Part shown: positions 30,576 through 39,353 of the stretch, piece after piece
How positions within the stretch are numbered: position 1 is the stretch's first letter
How the letters are laid out: each line of letters starts with the position of its first letter
NCBI GenBank assembly: GCA_965217775.1
Contig: CBDCJH010000002.1
Span: 1,536,001-1,600,000 of the forward strand
Direction of reading: 5' to 3'
Length of the DNA stretch: 64,000 nucleotides
DNA from: Acidobacteriota bacterium
Lineage (GTDB): Bacteria; Acidobacteriota; UBA6911; RPQK01; JAJDTT01
Notes under the pieces: model-generated
The model's input: only the letters and a program-made list of their open reading frames with translations
Databases searched by the model: none
What the model was told of the DNA's origin: nothing
Translations under genes and position numbers: made by a program

Positions 30576-30683
30576 CTTGGCGCCGGCCGTATCGGATGAC
30601 GAGGAGTGGCCGCCGGACGATCGAGGAGTGGGAGTGATGTGGTCCTGGTCCTTTGGACCAGCGCGCTGTTGATCCGACAAGTC

Positions 30684-31324
30684 TCATCGGCCAGCCCCGC
30701 CAGCTCCCGGCTGTGGGTGACGTAGAGCAGAGTGGCGTTCTCCTGGGTCACCAGCTCCAGCATCAGCTCCAGGACCAGCCACGAGTTCTCGTCGTCCAGG
30801 TTCCCCGTGGGCTCATCCGCCAGGATCAGCCGCGGACGTTGCAGGAGAGCCCGGCAGATGGCGACCCGCTGCATCTCTCCGCCGCTCAGGTTGCTGACCG
30901 GATCATCGGCGCGATCGGCCAGGCCGACCCGTTCCAACAACTGCAGCACCCGCGGTTCGAAGTCACGTCGTCTCCCGTTGGCGACCAGTGCCGGGAGAGC
31001 CACGTTCTCCCGGACCGACAAGTGGGGCAGGAGATGGAAGAACTGGAAGACGAGTCCGATCTCGTTCCTGCGCAACAGGGTCCGGTCGCGGTCCGAATAG
31101 CGGGACAAGTCCTTGCCCAGAACCTCGACTCGACCATGGGTCGGAAGATCGATGCCCGCGGCCAGATGAAGGAGTGTGGACTTGCCGCTGCCACTTCGGC
31201 CCACGATGGCGACGCGGCGTCCGGACGGCACCTGGAAGGAGACGTCGTGAAGGGCCGTCAGGCCCGCTCCGGCGGATTCCTCATAGGTCTTCGAGACGTG
31301 TGAAAACGCCAGGATGGGAGTCAT
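30684..31324 (-). pseudogene. Second, diverged copy of the LolD-like ABC ATPase gene lacking its native C-terminus and stop
   Basis: 30684-31327 is colinear with 25780-26423 (644 bp each, many substitutions); the frame runs on antisense into UvrD to 29912. Confidence 0.75.
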
Positions 31325-31521
31325 CTCAATAGAACAGGTTATGGGCAACAACGGAATGAATTCAACAGATTCCGGCGGATTTTCCGGTTCCCGGAGATTT
31401 GTGGGAATGGTTGCTCAGCGGGGGCGGGCGAAGGTACCGGCATCTCAGTCAGGCACTATTTCGACATATAAAGCACTGAATAATCTGGGGGATTATATAC
31501 GAAAGTGCCCAAACCTGAGCA

Positions 31522-31704
31522 TTAACGCCGGTTCCGTGGCCGGTCTATCCATCTGATATTCACGGGCTGGACCAATGCACGGGCCAGCTCCTCGAAGTCT
31601 GCTTCCACGCGCATATCCTGTTCCAGTTCGGCCTTGGTCGGTTGGTAGGAATCCTTGACCAGTTCGATGGTGGGATGTTGGGGATTGTGTCTGGGTTTCT
31701 TCAT
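31522..31704 (-). CDS. Small hypothetical passenger protein (60 aa) of the IS1595 element
   Basis: ATGA-coupled to the upstream passenger; ends just inside the TIR; SYQPTKAELEQD motif. Confidence 0.6.
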   Translation of the reverse strand: MKKPRHNPQHPTIELVKDSYQPTKAELEQDMRVEADFEELARALVQPVNIRWIDRPRNRR

Positions 31705-32206
31705 GCGGCCCTCGGCATCCTAGGTTGTTTCCCCTCAAAGGAGTCTTCCGCCGTGTAGATTTGAATCTTGGGCAGGTCCATGAAGCGTCCGGCGTTGACG
31801 GCGGCATTTCTCATGCCGTTGGTCACTCGGTCTCGAAAGCAGGTGAAGATGCCGAGATCAGCTCCGGCCTGTCGACGTGCGCCGTTGAAGGCTTGGACGT
31901 GTCCAGGATTGGTAGAGCCGCCTTTGACCTGAGAAACGATGTCAATGAACCGGCCCTGGCGGATCGGGAGCCGTCCCACGCCGTCAATTCCGCCATCCCG
32001 TCTCTGGATTCGGTTCGGCTCCATACCCTCCACCAGAGCAGCAGCCCACCTCTCAAACCGGAATTTATCGATGCTGGCAAGCTCCTGAGCGTGTGTGATG
32101 GTATGGGGAAGGCCAATGTCTTGGGTGTGTTCCCAACGGATTCATCCGGGACATCCTCCCGCATGACTTCAAGGTGGTCTCCAAAGCTCAGTCGATTTTC
32201 GTTCAA
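31701..32206 (-). pseudogene. Internally deleted DNA methyltransferase / Mrr-like endonuclease fusion (passenger)
   Basis: N-terminus NRLSFGDHLEVMREDVPDESV (beta-class MTase start) joined out of frame near 32135 to …AQELASIDKFRFERWAAALVEG…DGGIDG…SQVKGG; MTase core absent. Confidence 0.7.
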
Positions 32207-33153
32207 CCCACCAAATCCTTGTAACGCAGCCGCTTTCCCACCATCCGGTCAGCGACCAGGGCCATTTGATCCAACGTGTCCATGCGCCTTAGGTTGTGAC
32301 GTGCGGCAAACTCTCCAACGTATCGGTCGGTGTGCTGTTCCGAGAAGTGGTGAAAGGTTCCGTGGTAACTCCGCTTCAACATCGACCAGAACGATTCGGC
32401 TCCGTTGGTGTGGCAGTTGCCTTTGACGTACTCCTGAAGAGAATGCTTGACCGTCTCGTGATTGACAAGCCGGCCGTAAGAGGTTGAATCGTCGGTGTAG
32501 ATCTTGGCATCTTCTCCCACGTGCTCCAAGACGAAACGGGAGAGGGTTTCAGACTTGGTGTCAGGGACGACTCGGGCCGACACTTGGTTGGAGGGGCGAT
32601 CTTTGACGGCAGCCACGGCCGTCTTTCCAACGGCTCCACGTCCCTCCAGTTTGGCGCGTTTGGCCTTTGGCATATTCTTCCGCTTTCCGCCGAGATACGC
32701 CTCGTCAGCCTCGACCGGGCCGGAGAACAGGGCCATTCCAGTCAGGTTCAGACCTTTCCGTATCCGGTGAGCAAGGTGCCAAGCCGTCTTCTGTGTTACG
32801 TCCAGGTCACGATGCAGCTTCATGGAGGAAACGCTCTTGAGGCTGGTAGTAAGGAGGTAGGTCGCAAGCAACCAAGTCTGATAGCCGAGTTTGGAGGACT
32901 GCATAACCGTCCCGACCCGGACGCTGAACCGCTTGCCGCAATCGCGGCAACGATACGGCATGGAAGGATGCTTGGCTCCGGTCTGGACGTTGGTGGAGCC
33001 GCAATGGACGCAACAGACTTCCTCCGGCCACCGCCGCTTTATGAACCATTCCTCAGCGGCTTTATCGTCGGGAAATCTCTTGAAGAATCCGCGCAGTGAA
33101 AGTCCCTCTCGGAACGCCTTGCCGGGTGCCTTGTTCCGTGTCTCGTAACTCAT
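32203..33153 (-). CDS. IS1595-family DDE transposase with N-terminal zinc ribbon
   Basis: CVHCGS…YRCRDC, QKTAWHLAHRIR, GPVEADEAYLGG, IYTDD, HTNGAESFWSMLKR; AGGAGG RBS before ATG 33153. Confidence 0.95.
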   Translation of the reverse strand: MSYETRNKAPGKAFREGLSLRGFFKRFPDDKAAEEWFIKRRWPEEVCCVHCGSTNVQTGAKHPSMPYRCRDCGKRFSVRVGTVMQSSKLGYQTWLLATYLLTTSLKSVSSMKLHRDLDVTQKTAWHLAHRIRKGLNLTGMALFSGPVEADEAYLGGKRKNMPKAKRAKLEGRGAVGKTAVAAVKDRPSNQVSARVVPDTKSETLSRFVLEHVGEDAKIYTDDSTSYGRLVNHETVKHSLQEYVKGNCHTNGAESFWSMLKRSYHGTFHHFSEQHTDRYVGEFAARHNLRRMDTLDQMALVADRMVGKRLRYKDLVG

Positions 33154-33178
33154 TGTATCCTCCTGACTTACAAGACAT

Positions 33179-33207
33179 ATTATATAGGAAAGTACCGGGA
33201 TTGTCAA
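33179..33207 (-). promoter_or_regulatory. Consensus sigma70 promoter of the IS1595 transposase
   Basis: Minus strand reads TTGACA-17 nt-TATAAT. Confidence 0.85.
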
Positions 33208-33277
33208 CCCCTACGGGCAACCTTTTCGGCACTTTCGTATATAATCCCCATAATCTGAATGACAACATTTTATTCAA

Positions 33278-33396
33278 GAAGTTGAAAATCATTATCATAT
33301 AGCCCTTCTCCGAATCTGATAATCATTGTTAATGAAATTGAATCTCATTATCTTTGAAAATGATATTCAATATCGTTGATATTGATGTCCCATTTC
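33278..33396. promoter_or_regulatory. Array of Fur-box-like sites upstream of ferritin
   Basis: 19-mers at 33278 (15/19), 33312 (14/19), 33334 (14/19), 33356 (16/19) and 33378 (12/19) versus GATAATGATAATCATTATC. Confidence 0.75.
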
Positions 33397-33427
33397 ATTT
33401 AAGTCCTTTCATATCTTCAGTTTATAT

Positions 33428-33457
33428 TTGACAGTCCGTTAGATTTATATGTATATT
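33428..33457 (+). promoter_or_regulatory. Putative sigma70 promoter of ferritin
   Basis: TTGACA-18 nt-TATATT. Confidence 0.5.
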
Positions 33458-33523
33458 TCTGCCCGGAAAGTCTGCTGACCGCGCCTTGGACAAGCGCCTG
33501 ATTTGACCAACGAGGAGGACGAT

Positions 33524-34009
33524 ATGAACGGAAAAATCAATCAAGCCTTGAACCATCAGATTCACATGGAGCTGGAATCCTCCTACCTCTACCTGGCCCT
33601 GTCGGCCTATTACGACTCGAACGACCTGCCCGGATTCGCGCACTGGATGAGAGAGCAGAGCCGGGAAGAGTATGGGCACGCCATGAGGCTGTTCGACTAC
33701 CTCCTGACCCGGGGAGCGAAGGTCGATCTGGACGCCCTCGGAAAACCTGCCGACGGTTTCACGTCCCCCGTGAAGGCGTTCGATCGAGTGGTCGAGCACG
33801 AAAGACGCGTCACCGAGGCCATCCACAAGCTTTACCTGCTCGCCCTCGGAGAGGGCGATCTGGCCACGGGGGTGGAGCTCCAGTGGTTCATTCGGGAGCA
33901 GGTCGAAGAGGAGCACTCGGCCTCGGAGGTCGCAGCTCAACTGCGATGGGGTAACGGTGAACCCATGGGCTTGTTGATGGTGGACCGCCAACTGGCCAAA
34001 CGGGAATAA
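33524..34009 (+). CDS. ftnA: Non-heme ferritin
   Basis: ALNHQIHMELESSYLYL, EEYGHAMR, EHE, LQWFIREQVEEE; GAGGAGG RBS. Confidence 0.92.
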   Translation: MNGKINQALNHQIHMELESSYLYLALSAYYDSNDLPGFAHWMREQSREEYGHAMRLFDYLLTRGAKVDLDALGKPADGFTSPVKAFDRVVEHERRVTEAIHKLYLLALGEGDLATGVELQWFIREQVEEEHSASEVAAQLRWGNGEPMGLLMVDRQLAKRE

Positions 34010-34112
34010 ACCGGGCCGGATTCCTCCGAATATCCGCCGCCGGCCCGCAGGTAGTGAGGCCGGCGGCGATTCTTGACAGTTTCAGCGTCCGCTTGGTAGC
34101 TTCGGGCGCCTC

Positions 34113-35747
34113 ATGAGCACCTACCAGATCGGCGATTATCGGCAGACTTACGCCAATTTCCGCCTCACCCGCCCCGAACGCTACAACTGGGCCTTCGACG
34201 TGTTCGACCGCTGGGCCAGCGATCCTGCCAAGCTGGCGATGCGTTGGGTCAGCGATGCCGGAAACGTGCGGAAGGTGACGTTCCGGGAATTCTCCCGGTC
34301 CTCGACCCGGTTCGCCAACGCACTGGCCGGCCTGGGCGTGGAACCGGGAGAGCGAGTCTTCGTCATGCTCCCCCGGGTCGTCGAATGGTGGGAGGTCCTG
34401 CTGGGCGGAATCCGGGCCCGCGTCGTCACCGTGCCGGGCACCACCTTGCTGAGGCACAAGGACATCGTCTACCGGATCAACGCCTCGGGTGCTTCGGTGG
34501 CCGTGACCGATGCCGCCAACGCAGACAGGATCGAGGCTGTGCGCCCGGAATGCCCGGGGTTGCGGCAGGTGATCGTCGTGGGCGGGAGCCCCGGCTGCAT
34601 CGGCTATGAGGACCTGCTGGCGAAGAGCTCCGCCAGCATGGATCATCCCCGGAACCTCTCCACCGATCCCCTCATGATCTACTTCACGTCGGGAACCACC
34701 GGACCGCCCAAGATGGTCGTGAACGACCATGCCAGCTATCCGAAGGCTCACGTCATCACCGGAAAGTTCTGGCTGGACAACCGGCCCACCGACCTCCACT
34801 GGACGCTGTCGGACACGGGATGGGCCCAAGCCGCCTGGACCTGCCTGTTCGCGCCTTGGAACATGGGGGCGGCGATCTTCATCTGGGACCACCGGGGCCG
34901 CTTCGATGCGGAGCGGACCCTCCGGATGCTCCACGAGCACCCCATAACGACCTTCTTCGCTCCTCCCACCGCCTACCGGATGCTGGTTCAGCAGGATCTG
35001 ACGCGGTGGCCGGCCCGGGCCCTGCGCCACTGTCTGGGCGCCGGCGAAGCGGTCAACCCCGAGGTGATCGCCACCTGGAAGGGGGCGATGGGTCATCACA
35101 TCTGGGAGGGCTACGGTCAGACCGAGACCGTTCTCTGCGTGGCCACGTTTCCCGGCATGGAATATCGGCCCGGGTCCATGGGAGTCGCCTCGCCCGGGTT
35201 CCGAATGGGCGTGGTGGACGACTCGGGGAATGAAGTCGCTGCCGGAGAGGAGGGAGAGATCGCCATCCGGGTGCGCCCCGACCGGCCGCTGGGACTATTC
35301 TGCGGGTACTACCGGAACCCGGAGGCGACCGCGAGCTGTTTCGTAGGCGACTGGTACACCACCGGAGACCGCGCCACCCGGGACGAGGACGGCTACTTCT
35401 ACTTCGTCAGCCGCGCCGACGACGTCATCAACACCTCCGCCTATCGGGTCGGGCCCTTCGAGGTGGAGTCGGCGTTGCTGGAGCATCCGGCGGCGGCGGA
35501 GGTGGCCGTGGTGGGGAGTCCCGACCCGTTGCGGGGAGAGATCATCAAGGCATTCGTCGTACTCAGTCAGTCCGCCCGGCCCTCGGAGGACCTGATCCGG
35601 GAACTTCAGGCTCACGTGCGCAGCGTCACCGCTCCCTACAAGTATCCTCGCGAGGTGGAGTTCATCGAAGAACTGCCCAAGACCATCAGCGGAAAGATTC
35701 GCCGCAACGAGCTCCGGAGGTGGGAGCGGGAGAAGAAAGGCCGCTGA
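34113..35747 (+). CDS. Acyl-CoA synthetase (medium-chain, ACSM-like)
   Basis: YFTSGTTGPPK, EGYGQTET, WYTTGD, RADDVI, LPKTISGKI. Confidence 0.92.
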   Translation: MSTYQIGDYRQTYANFRLTRPERYNWAFDVFDRWASDPAKLAMRWVSDAGNVRKVTFREFSRSSTRFANALAGLGVEPGERVFVMLPRVVEWWEVLLGGIRARVVTVPGTTLLRHKDIVYRINASGASVAVTDAANADRIEAVRPECPGLRQVIVVGGSPGCIGYEDLLAKSSASMDHPRNLSTDPLMIYFTSGTTGPPKMVVNDHASYPKAHVITGKFWLDNRPTDLHWTLSDTGWAQAAWTCLFAPWNMGAAIFIWDHRGRFDAERTLRMLHEHPITTFFAPPTAYRMLVQQDLTRWPARALRHCLGAGEAVNPEVIATWKGAMGHHIWEGYGQTETVLCVATFPGMEYRPGSMGVASPGFRMGVVDDSGNEVAAGEEGEIAIRVRPDRPLGLFCGYYRNPEATASCFVGDWYTTGDRATRDEDGYFYFVSRADDVINTSAYRVGPFEVESALLEHPAAAEVAVVGSPDPLRGEIIKAFVVLSQSARPSEDLIRELQAHVRSVTAPYKYPREVEFIEELPKTISGKIRRNELRRWEREKKGR

Positions 35748-35778
35748 CTCTCGCCTCACCCCCGAAAGCCAACCGTTC

Positions 35779-36918
35779 ATGCCCTTTTCCGAAGACCACG
35801 AGCTCTTTCGCGAGTCTCTGAGACGGTTCGTGCAGGAGCAGATCCTGCCTCACGTGGAGGAGTGGGAAGAGCAGGAGGAGACTCCCCGTTCGCTGTTCGA
35901 ACACATGGGGGAACTGGGTTTCCTCGGCGCCGAGTACCCGCCTGAATACGGCGGCGGCGGCGCCGACTTCTGGATGTCGGTGGTCCTGGCCGAAGAGCTG
36001 GCGCGCTGCCGCTCCGGCGGCGTGGCCTTCGGTGTCATCGTCCACACGGACATGTCCTCTCCCTGGTTGGTCCACTTCGGAACCGAGGCCCAGAAGCGTC
36101 GTTATCTGCCCGATATCATTCTGGGCCGCAAGATCTGCGCCCTGGCCATCACCGAGCCGGACACCGGATCGGACATGGCGGCCCTCTCGACCCGGGCGGT
36201 CCGCGACGGCAACGACTGGGTCCTGACGGGAGCCAAGACCTTCATCACCAACGGCGTGAACGGAGACCTCTACTTCGTGGCCGCCCGGACCCGGGAGGAC
36301 GGCCCCCGCCGCGAGCGCCTCTCCCAGTTCCTGGTGGAACGGGACAGCCCCGGCTTCAGCGTGGGCCGGAAGCTCAAGAAGACCGGGATGCTGGCTTCCG
36401 ACACGGCCGAGCTGGTGTTCGACGAGGTGCGGGTGCCCGGCGAGAACCTCCTGGGGGTGGAGGGGCAGGGGTTCGCGCAACTGGTTTCGGGACTGCAACG
36501 GGAACGGCTCACGGCGGCGGTGTTGTGTGTTTCCGCCGCCCAGCAGGCTCTGGAGGACTGCGCCGAGTACCTGAACCAGCGCCATGCCTTCGGTCGGCCC
36601 CTCTCCCGGTTTCAGGCGCTGGCCCACCGGCTTGCCGACATGGCCACCGAGGCGGAAGCGGCCAAGCAACTCACCTATCATGCCGCCTCCCTCTTCGCGT
36701 CGGGGCAGGAGTGCACCCGGGTGGTGTCGATGGCGAAGCTCTACGCCACCGAGATGGCCAATCGCGTCGCCTACCACGCCGTGCAGATGCACGGTGGGTA
36801 CGGCTACATGCGGGAGTACGCCGTGGAGCGCTTCGCCCGGGACTATCGGCTCTGGCCCATCGCGTCGGGCACGTCCGAGATCATGCGGGAGATCATTTCC
36901 CGGGACTTGTTGCGGTAG
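35779..36918 (+). CDS. Acyl-CoA dehydrogenase
   Basis: ALAITEPDTGSD, GAKTFITNG, QMHGGYGYMREY, GTSEIMR. Confidence 0.95.
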   Translation: MPFSEDHELFRESLRRFVQEQILPHVEEWEEQEETPRSLFEHMGELGFLGAEYPPEYGGGGADFWMSVVLAEELARCRSGGVAFGVIVHTDMSSPWLVHFGTEAQKRRYLPDIILGRKICALAITEPDTGSDMAALSTRAVRDGNDWVLTGAKTFITNGVNGDLYFVAARTREDGPRRERLSQFLVERDSPGFSVGRKLKKTGMLASDTAELVFDEVRVPGENLLGVEGQGFAQLVSGLQRERLTAAVLCVSAAQQALEDCAEYLNQRHAFGRPLSRFQALAHRLADMATEAEAAKQLTYHAASLFASGQECTRVVSMAKLYATEMANRVAYHAVQMHGGYGYMREYAVERFARDYRLWPIASGTSEIMREIISRDLLR

Positions 36919-36919
36919 G

Positions 36920-37027
36920 GGAGCGGCGACTGGAGCGGCGACTTTCTTGTCGCCGACAGGGGAGTCTTGGGAAGAGGGGGCGACTAGAAATCGCCCCTCC
37001 GGGCGGGCGATTGGAAATCGCCCCTCC
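36920..37027. repeat. Cluster of GGAG-type REP-like palindromes between convergent genes (family B)
   Basis: GGAGCGGCGACT twice, GGCGACTTTCTTGTCGCC, GGGGCGACTAGAAATCGCCCCTCC, GGGCGATTGGAAATCGCCCCTCC. Confidence 0.75.
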
Positions 37028-37031
37028 AATC

Positions 37032-37796
37032 CTACTTCCGCCGCCGGCTCACGAAGTCCTGGACGTTCCTCCGGCTCTCCCGGCTCTCGAAGCACGCCAG
37101 GAAATCGGCCGAGGCCACGCCTTCCCAGTGGTCGCTCCTGAGTTCCGACATCCGGTGCAGGAGAGCCTTCGTGCGGGCCAGACCCTCCGGCGGAAATGAG
37201 GCGAGCCGCCGGGCCAGCGCTTCGCCCCGGCTCAGGAGCTCTGAATCCGGCACGACTTCGTTGACCAGTCCCATCTGGAGCGCGCGAGTGGCGTCGATTT
37301 TCTCGCAGGTCAGCAGCAGCCAGCGGGCAGCGGCTCCGCCGAGCAGATCAACGGTCCTCCCCAACGACCAGGGAGGCGTCCAGCCCAATTCCACCTCGGG
37401 AAGACCGAAGACAGCGGACCCGGATGCGATCCGGAAGTCGTGGTAGAGGGTGACCTGAAGGCCGCCGCCCAGGGCATAGCCGTGGACCAGCGCCAGAGTC
37501 GGCTGGGGCAGGGAATCGAGCAGACCGAAAGCCTCCCCATAACCCCTCTCCAGGGAGGTGGCCTCGGCGGCTGAGAGTGGCGCCAGCTCGCGCAGATCGC
37601 TGCCGGAACAGAAGGCGCGTCCCGCTCCCCGGGTCACCACCACCCGGACCGAGTCGTCGTCGCGAATCCGGTTCAGGAACTGCACGTAACGCCGGACCAT
37701 CTCCTGGTCCAGTGCATTGAGTACTTGGGGCCGGTTGAGAGTGAGCCAGGCCACTCCGTCCCGGATGGAGAGTTGGACCGAATCAGTCTCCGGCAC
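37032..37796 (-). CDS. Enoyl-CoA hydratase/isomerase family protein
   Basis: LTLNRPQVLNAL, GRAFCSGSDL, VHGYALGGG, FGLPEVELG. Confidence 0.92.
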   Translation of the reverse strand: MPETDSVQLSIRDGVAWLTLNRPQVLNALDQEMVRRYVQFLNRIRDDDSVRVVVTRGAGRAFCSGSDLRELAPLSAAEATSLERGYGEAFGLLDSLPQPTLALVHGYALGGGLQVTLYHDFRIASGSAVFGLPEVELGWTPPWSLGRTVDLLGGAAARWLLLTCEKIDATRALQMGLVNEVVPDSELLSRGEALARRLASFPPEGLARTKALLHRMSELRSDHWEGVASADFLACFESRESRRNVQDFVSRRRK

Positions 37797-38190
37797 CTGA
37801 CTTCTCGCCGGCTCGGGCCAGAAACCGCGCCATGGATCCGAGGATGTAGCGCTCGTGGGTGCCGCGGGCAATCAGGTCCCGTTCGTCATGCGCCTGGAAC
37901 TGGAATCCGAGCCGCTTGCCCTCCAGTTCCACCAGCTCGACCCGGATCGTCACCTTCATGCCCACCGGCGTCGGAGCCAGATGCTGCATGTTCACCCGGG
38001 TTCCCACCGTGCCCTGACCCTCGGCCAGGGTCGGCGCGGCGCAGCGGATGGCGCACGCTTCGATGAGGGCCACCAGTGCCGGCGTGGCCAGCACCTGGAC
38101 GCCGGGGTTTCCGAAACGGTCTGCGGTCAGATCGTCGCTGACCTTGTGCTCCGTCGTCAGGGTACGGCCCACTTTGAGAACGTCGGTCAT
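37783..38190 (-). CDS. Hotdog-fold thioesterase (FlK fluoroacetyl-CoA thioesterase-like)
   Basis: VLATPALVALIE, TVGTRVNMQHLAPTPVG, GTHER. Confidence 0.9.
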   Translation of the reverse strand: MTDVLKVGRTLTTEHKVSDDLTADRFGNPGVQVLATPALVALIEACAIRCAAPTLAEGQGTVGTRVNMQHLAPTPVGMKVTIRVELVELEGKRLGFQFQAHDERDLIARGTHERYILGSMARFLARAGEKSGAGD

Positions 38191-38221
38191 TTCCACCTTC
38201 TTTCTCGTACCGCTTCGAAAG

Positions 38222-39265
38222 TCAGTCCGGGGACCCGGTCAACTCCTGACGGACGATTCGGGTTCCGGCCACCATGTTGCGCAGCTTATTGACCGTGATC
38301 CATCGGGGAAGCTGGAAGAAACCGCAGTCGGGTACGATCCAGAGCTTCTCGGGCGGAATATATTGCAGCGCGGCGCGAATTCGGTCCGCCACGTCTGCGG
38401 GCTTCTCCCGGTAAAAGGACTTGATGTCGATGACCCCGACGCCGATGTCCCGTTCCTGGGACAGCTCCCGGCACAGCTCCAATTCGTGCATCTCCCGGTT
38501 CGCGAACTCCAGGACGAACTCGTCGCACTTGGCCTCCAGCAGGTAGGAAATCATGGGTCCGTACTCCCGCTTGCCGCGGGGGCGCGACCCCAGGTTTCCG
38601 AAGCAGACATGAAAGGCGATCCTGGCATCGACCCCTTCCACGCACCGGTTGTACAGGTCCAGGTACTCCTTCAGTTCCCCGGGGATGATGGCGAAGGAGG
38701 GCTCGTCCAACTGAATGTAGTCGGCGCCCGCCTTGACGAGATCCTTGAGTTCCTGGTTCACGACCTCGGCGAATTCCCAGAACAGCTCCATGCGGTCCCG
38801 GTAGAACTCCCGCACCGACGAGTCCCTGAGGTGAATGGTGACGGTCAAGGGACCCGGACAGGTGGCCTTGACCGGTTTGTCGGTCTGGGTCTTCAAGTAC
38901 TTGAACTCCTCGACCACACCGAGTCCCCGCGGGACGGTCACCTTTTCCCGGAGACGGTATCGGGGCACCGAATCGTAGGCGTACAAACCTACCTTGCGAA
39001 GCGGCTCTTCCGGTTCGATGCCTTCCATCTTCTCGTAGAAGCTCTGGACGAAGTGCCAGCGCCGCATCTCCCCGTCGGAGATGACGTCCACGCCGGTCCG
39101 TTCCATGTCCCGGATGGCGATGCTCACGGCGTCATCGTAGAGTTCCCGTTTGTCGGTCTTGCCGTATTTTCCCGCCTCGATGGCCTCCAACGCGGTATAG
39201 AACCAGCTCGGAATGGCATGGCTGCCGATGACCGACGTGGGAAGCAGCGGAAGATTTTCCTTCAT
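38222..39265 (-). CDS. Cobalamin-independent methionine synthase II family protein (MetE C-terminal domain only)
   Basis: TSVIGS, ISDGEMRR, IQLDEP, Zn ligands FHVCFGN, LEFA and PDCGF. Confidence 0.88.
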   Translation of the reverse strand: MKENLPLLPTSVIGSHAIPSWFYTALEAIEAGKYGKTDKRELYDDAVSIAIRDMERTGVDVISDGEMRRWHFVQSFYEKMEGIEPEEPLRKVGLYAYDSVPRYRLREKVTVPRGLGVVEEFKYLKTQTDKPVKATCPGPLTVTIHLRDSSVREFYRDRMELFWEFAEVVNQELKDLVKAGADYIQLDEPSFAIIPGELKEYLDLYNRCVEGVDARIAFHVCFGNLGSRPRGKREYGPMISYLLEAKCDEFVLEFANREMHELELCRELSQERDIGVGVIDIKSFYREKPADVADRIRAALQYIPPEKLWIVPDCGFFQLPRWITVNKLRNMVAGTRIVRQELTGSPD

Positions 39266-39353
39266 ATTTCCTTTATCTCCTCAGAGAAGCGCCAAATCGT
39301 AACACAGGCTCTTCGGGCACCCAAACCTCCGCCCCGGCCTCTTCTCTCACTCC

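Larger units (their letters stand above)
31488..33249 (-). mobile_element. IS1595-family insertion sequence with passenger genes
   Basis: Perfect 22-bp TIRs GGGGATTATATACGAAAGTGCC (31488-31509, 33228-33249); 8-bp TSD ATAATCTG (31480-31487, 33250-33257); DDE transposase inside. Confidence 0.95.

Noticed and set aside
29912-31351. 479-aa ORF suggesting an ABC ATPase fused to a novel domain
   Set aside because: The extension is the antisense of the UvrD 3' end, produced by loss of the stop codon.
31452-31475. GGCACTATTTCGACATATAAAGCA resembles the IS1595 TIR just outside the element
   Set aside because: It needs gaps to align and lacks the terminal CCCC; the true boundary is fixed by the perfect TIR and TSD.
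36920-37027. Short repeats that could suggest a CRISPR array
   Set aside because: Units are variable palindromes in mixed orientation without regular unique spacers and no cas genes are nearby; they fit REP clusters.
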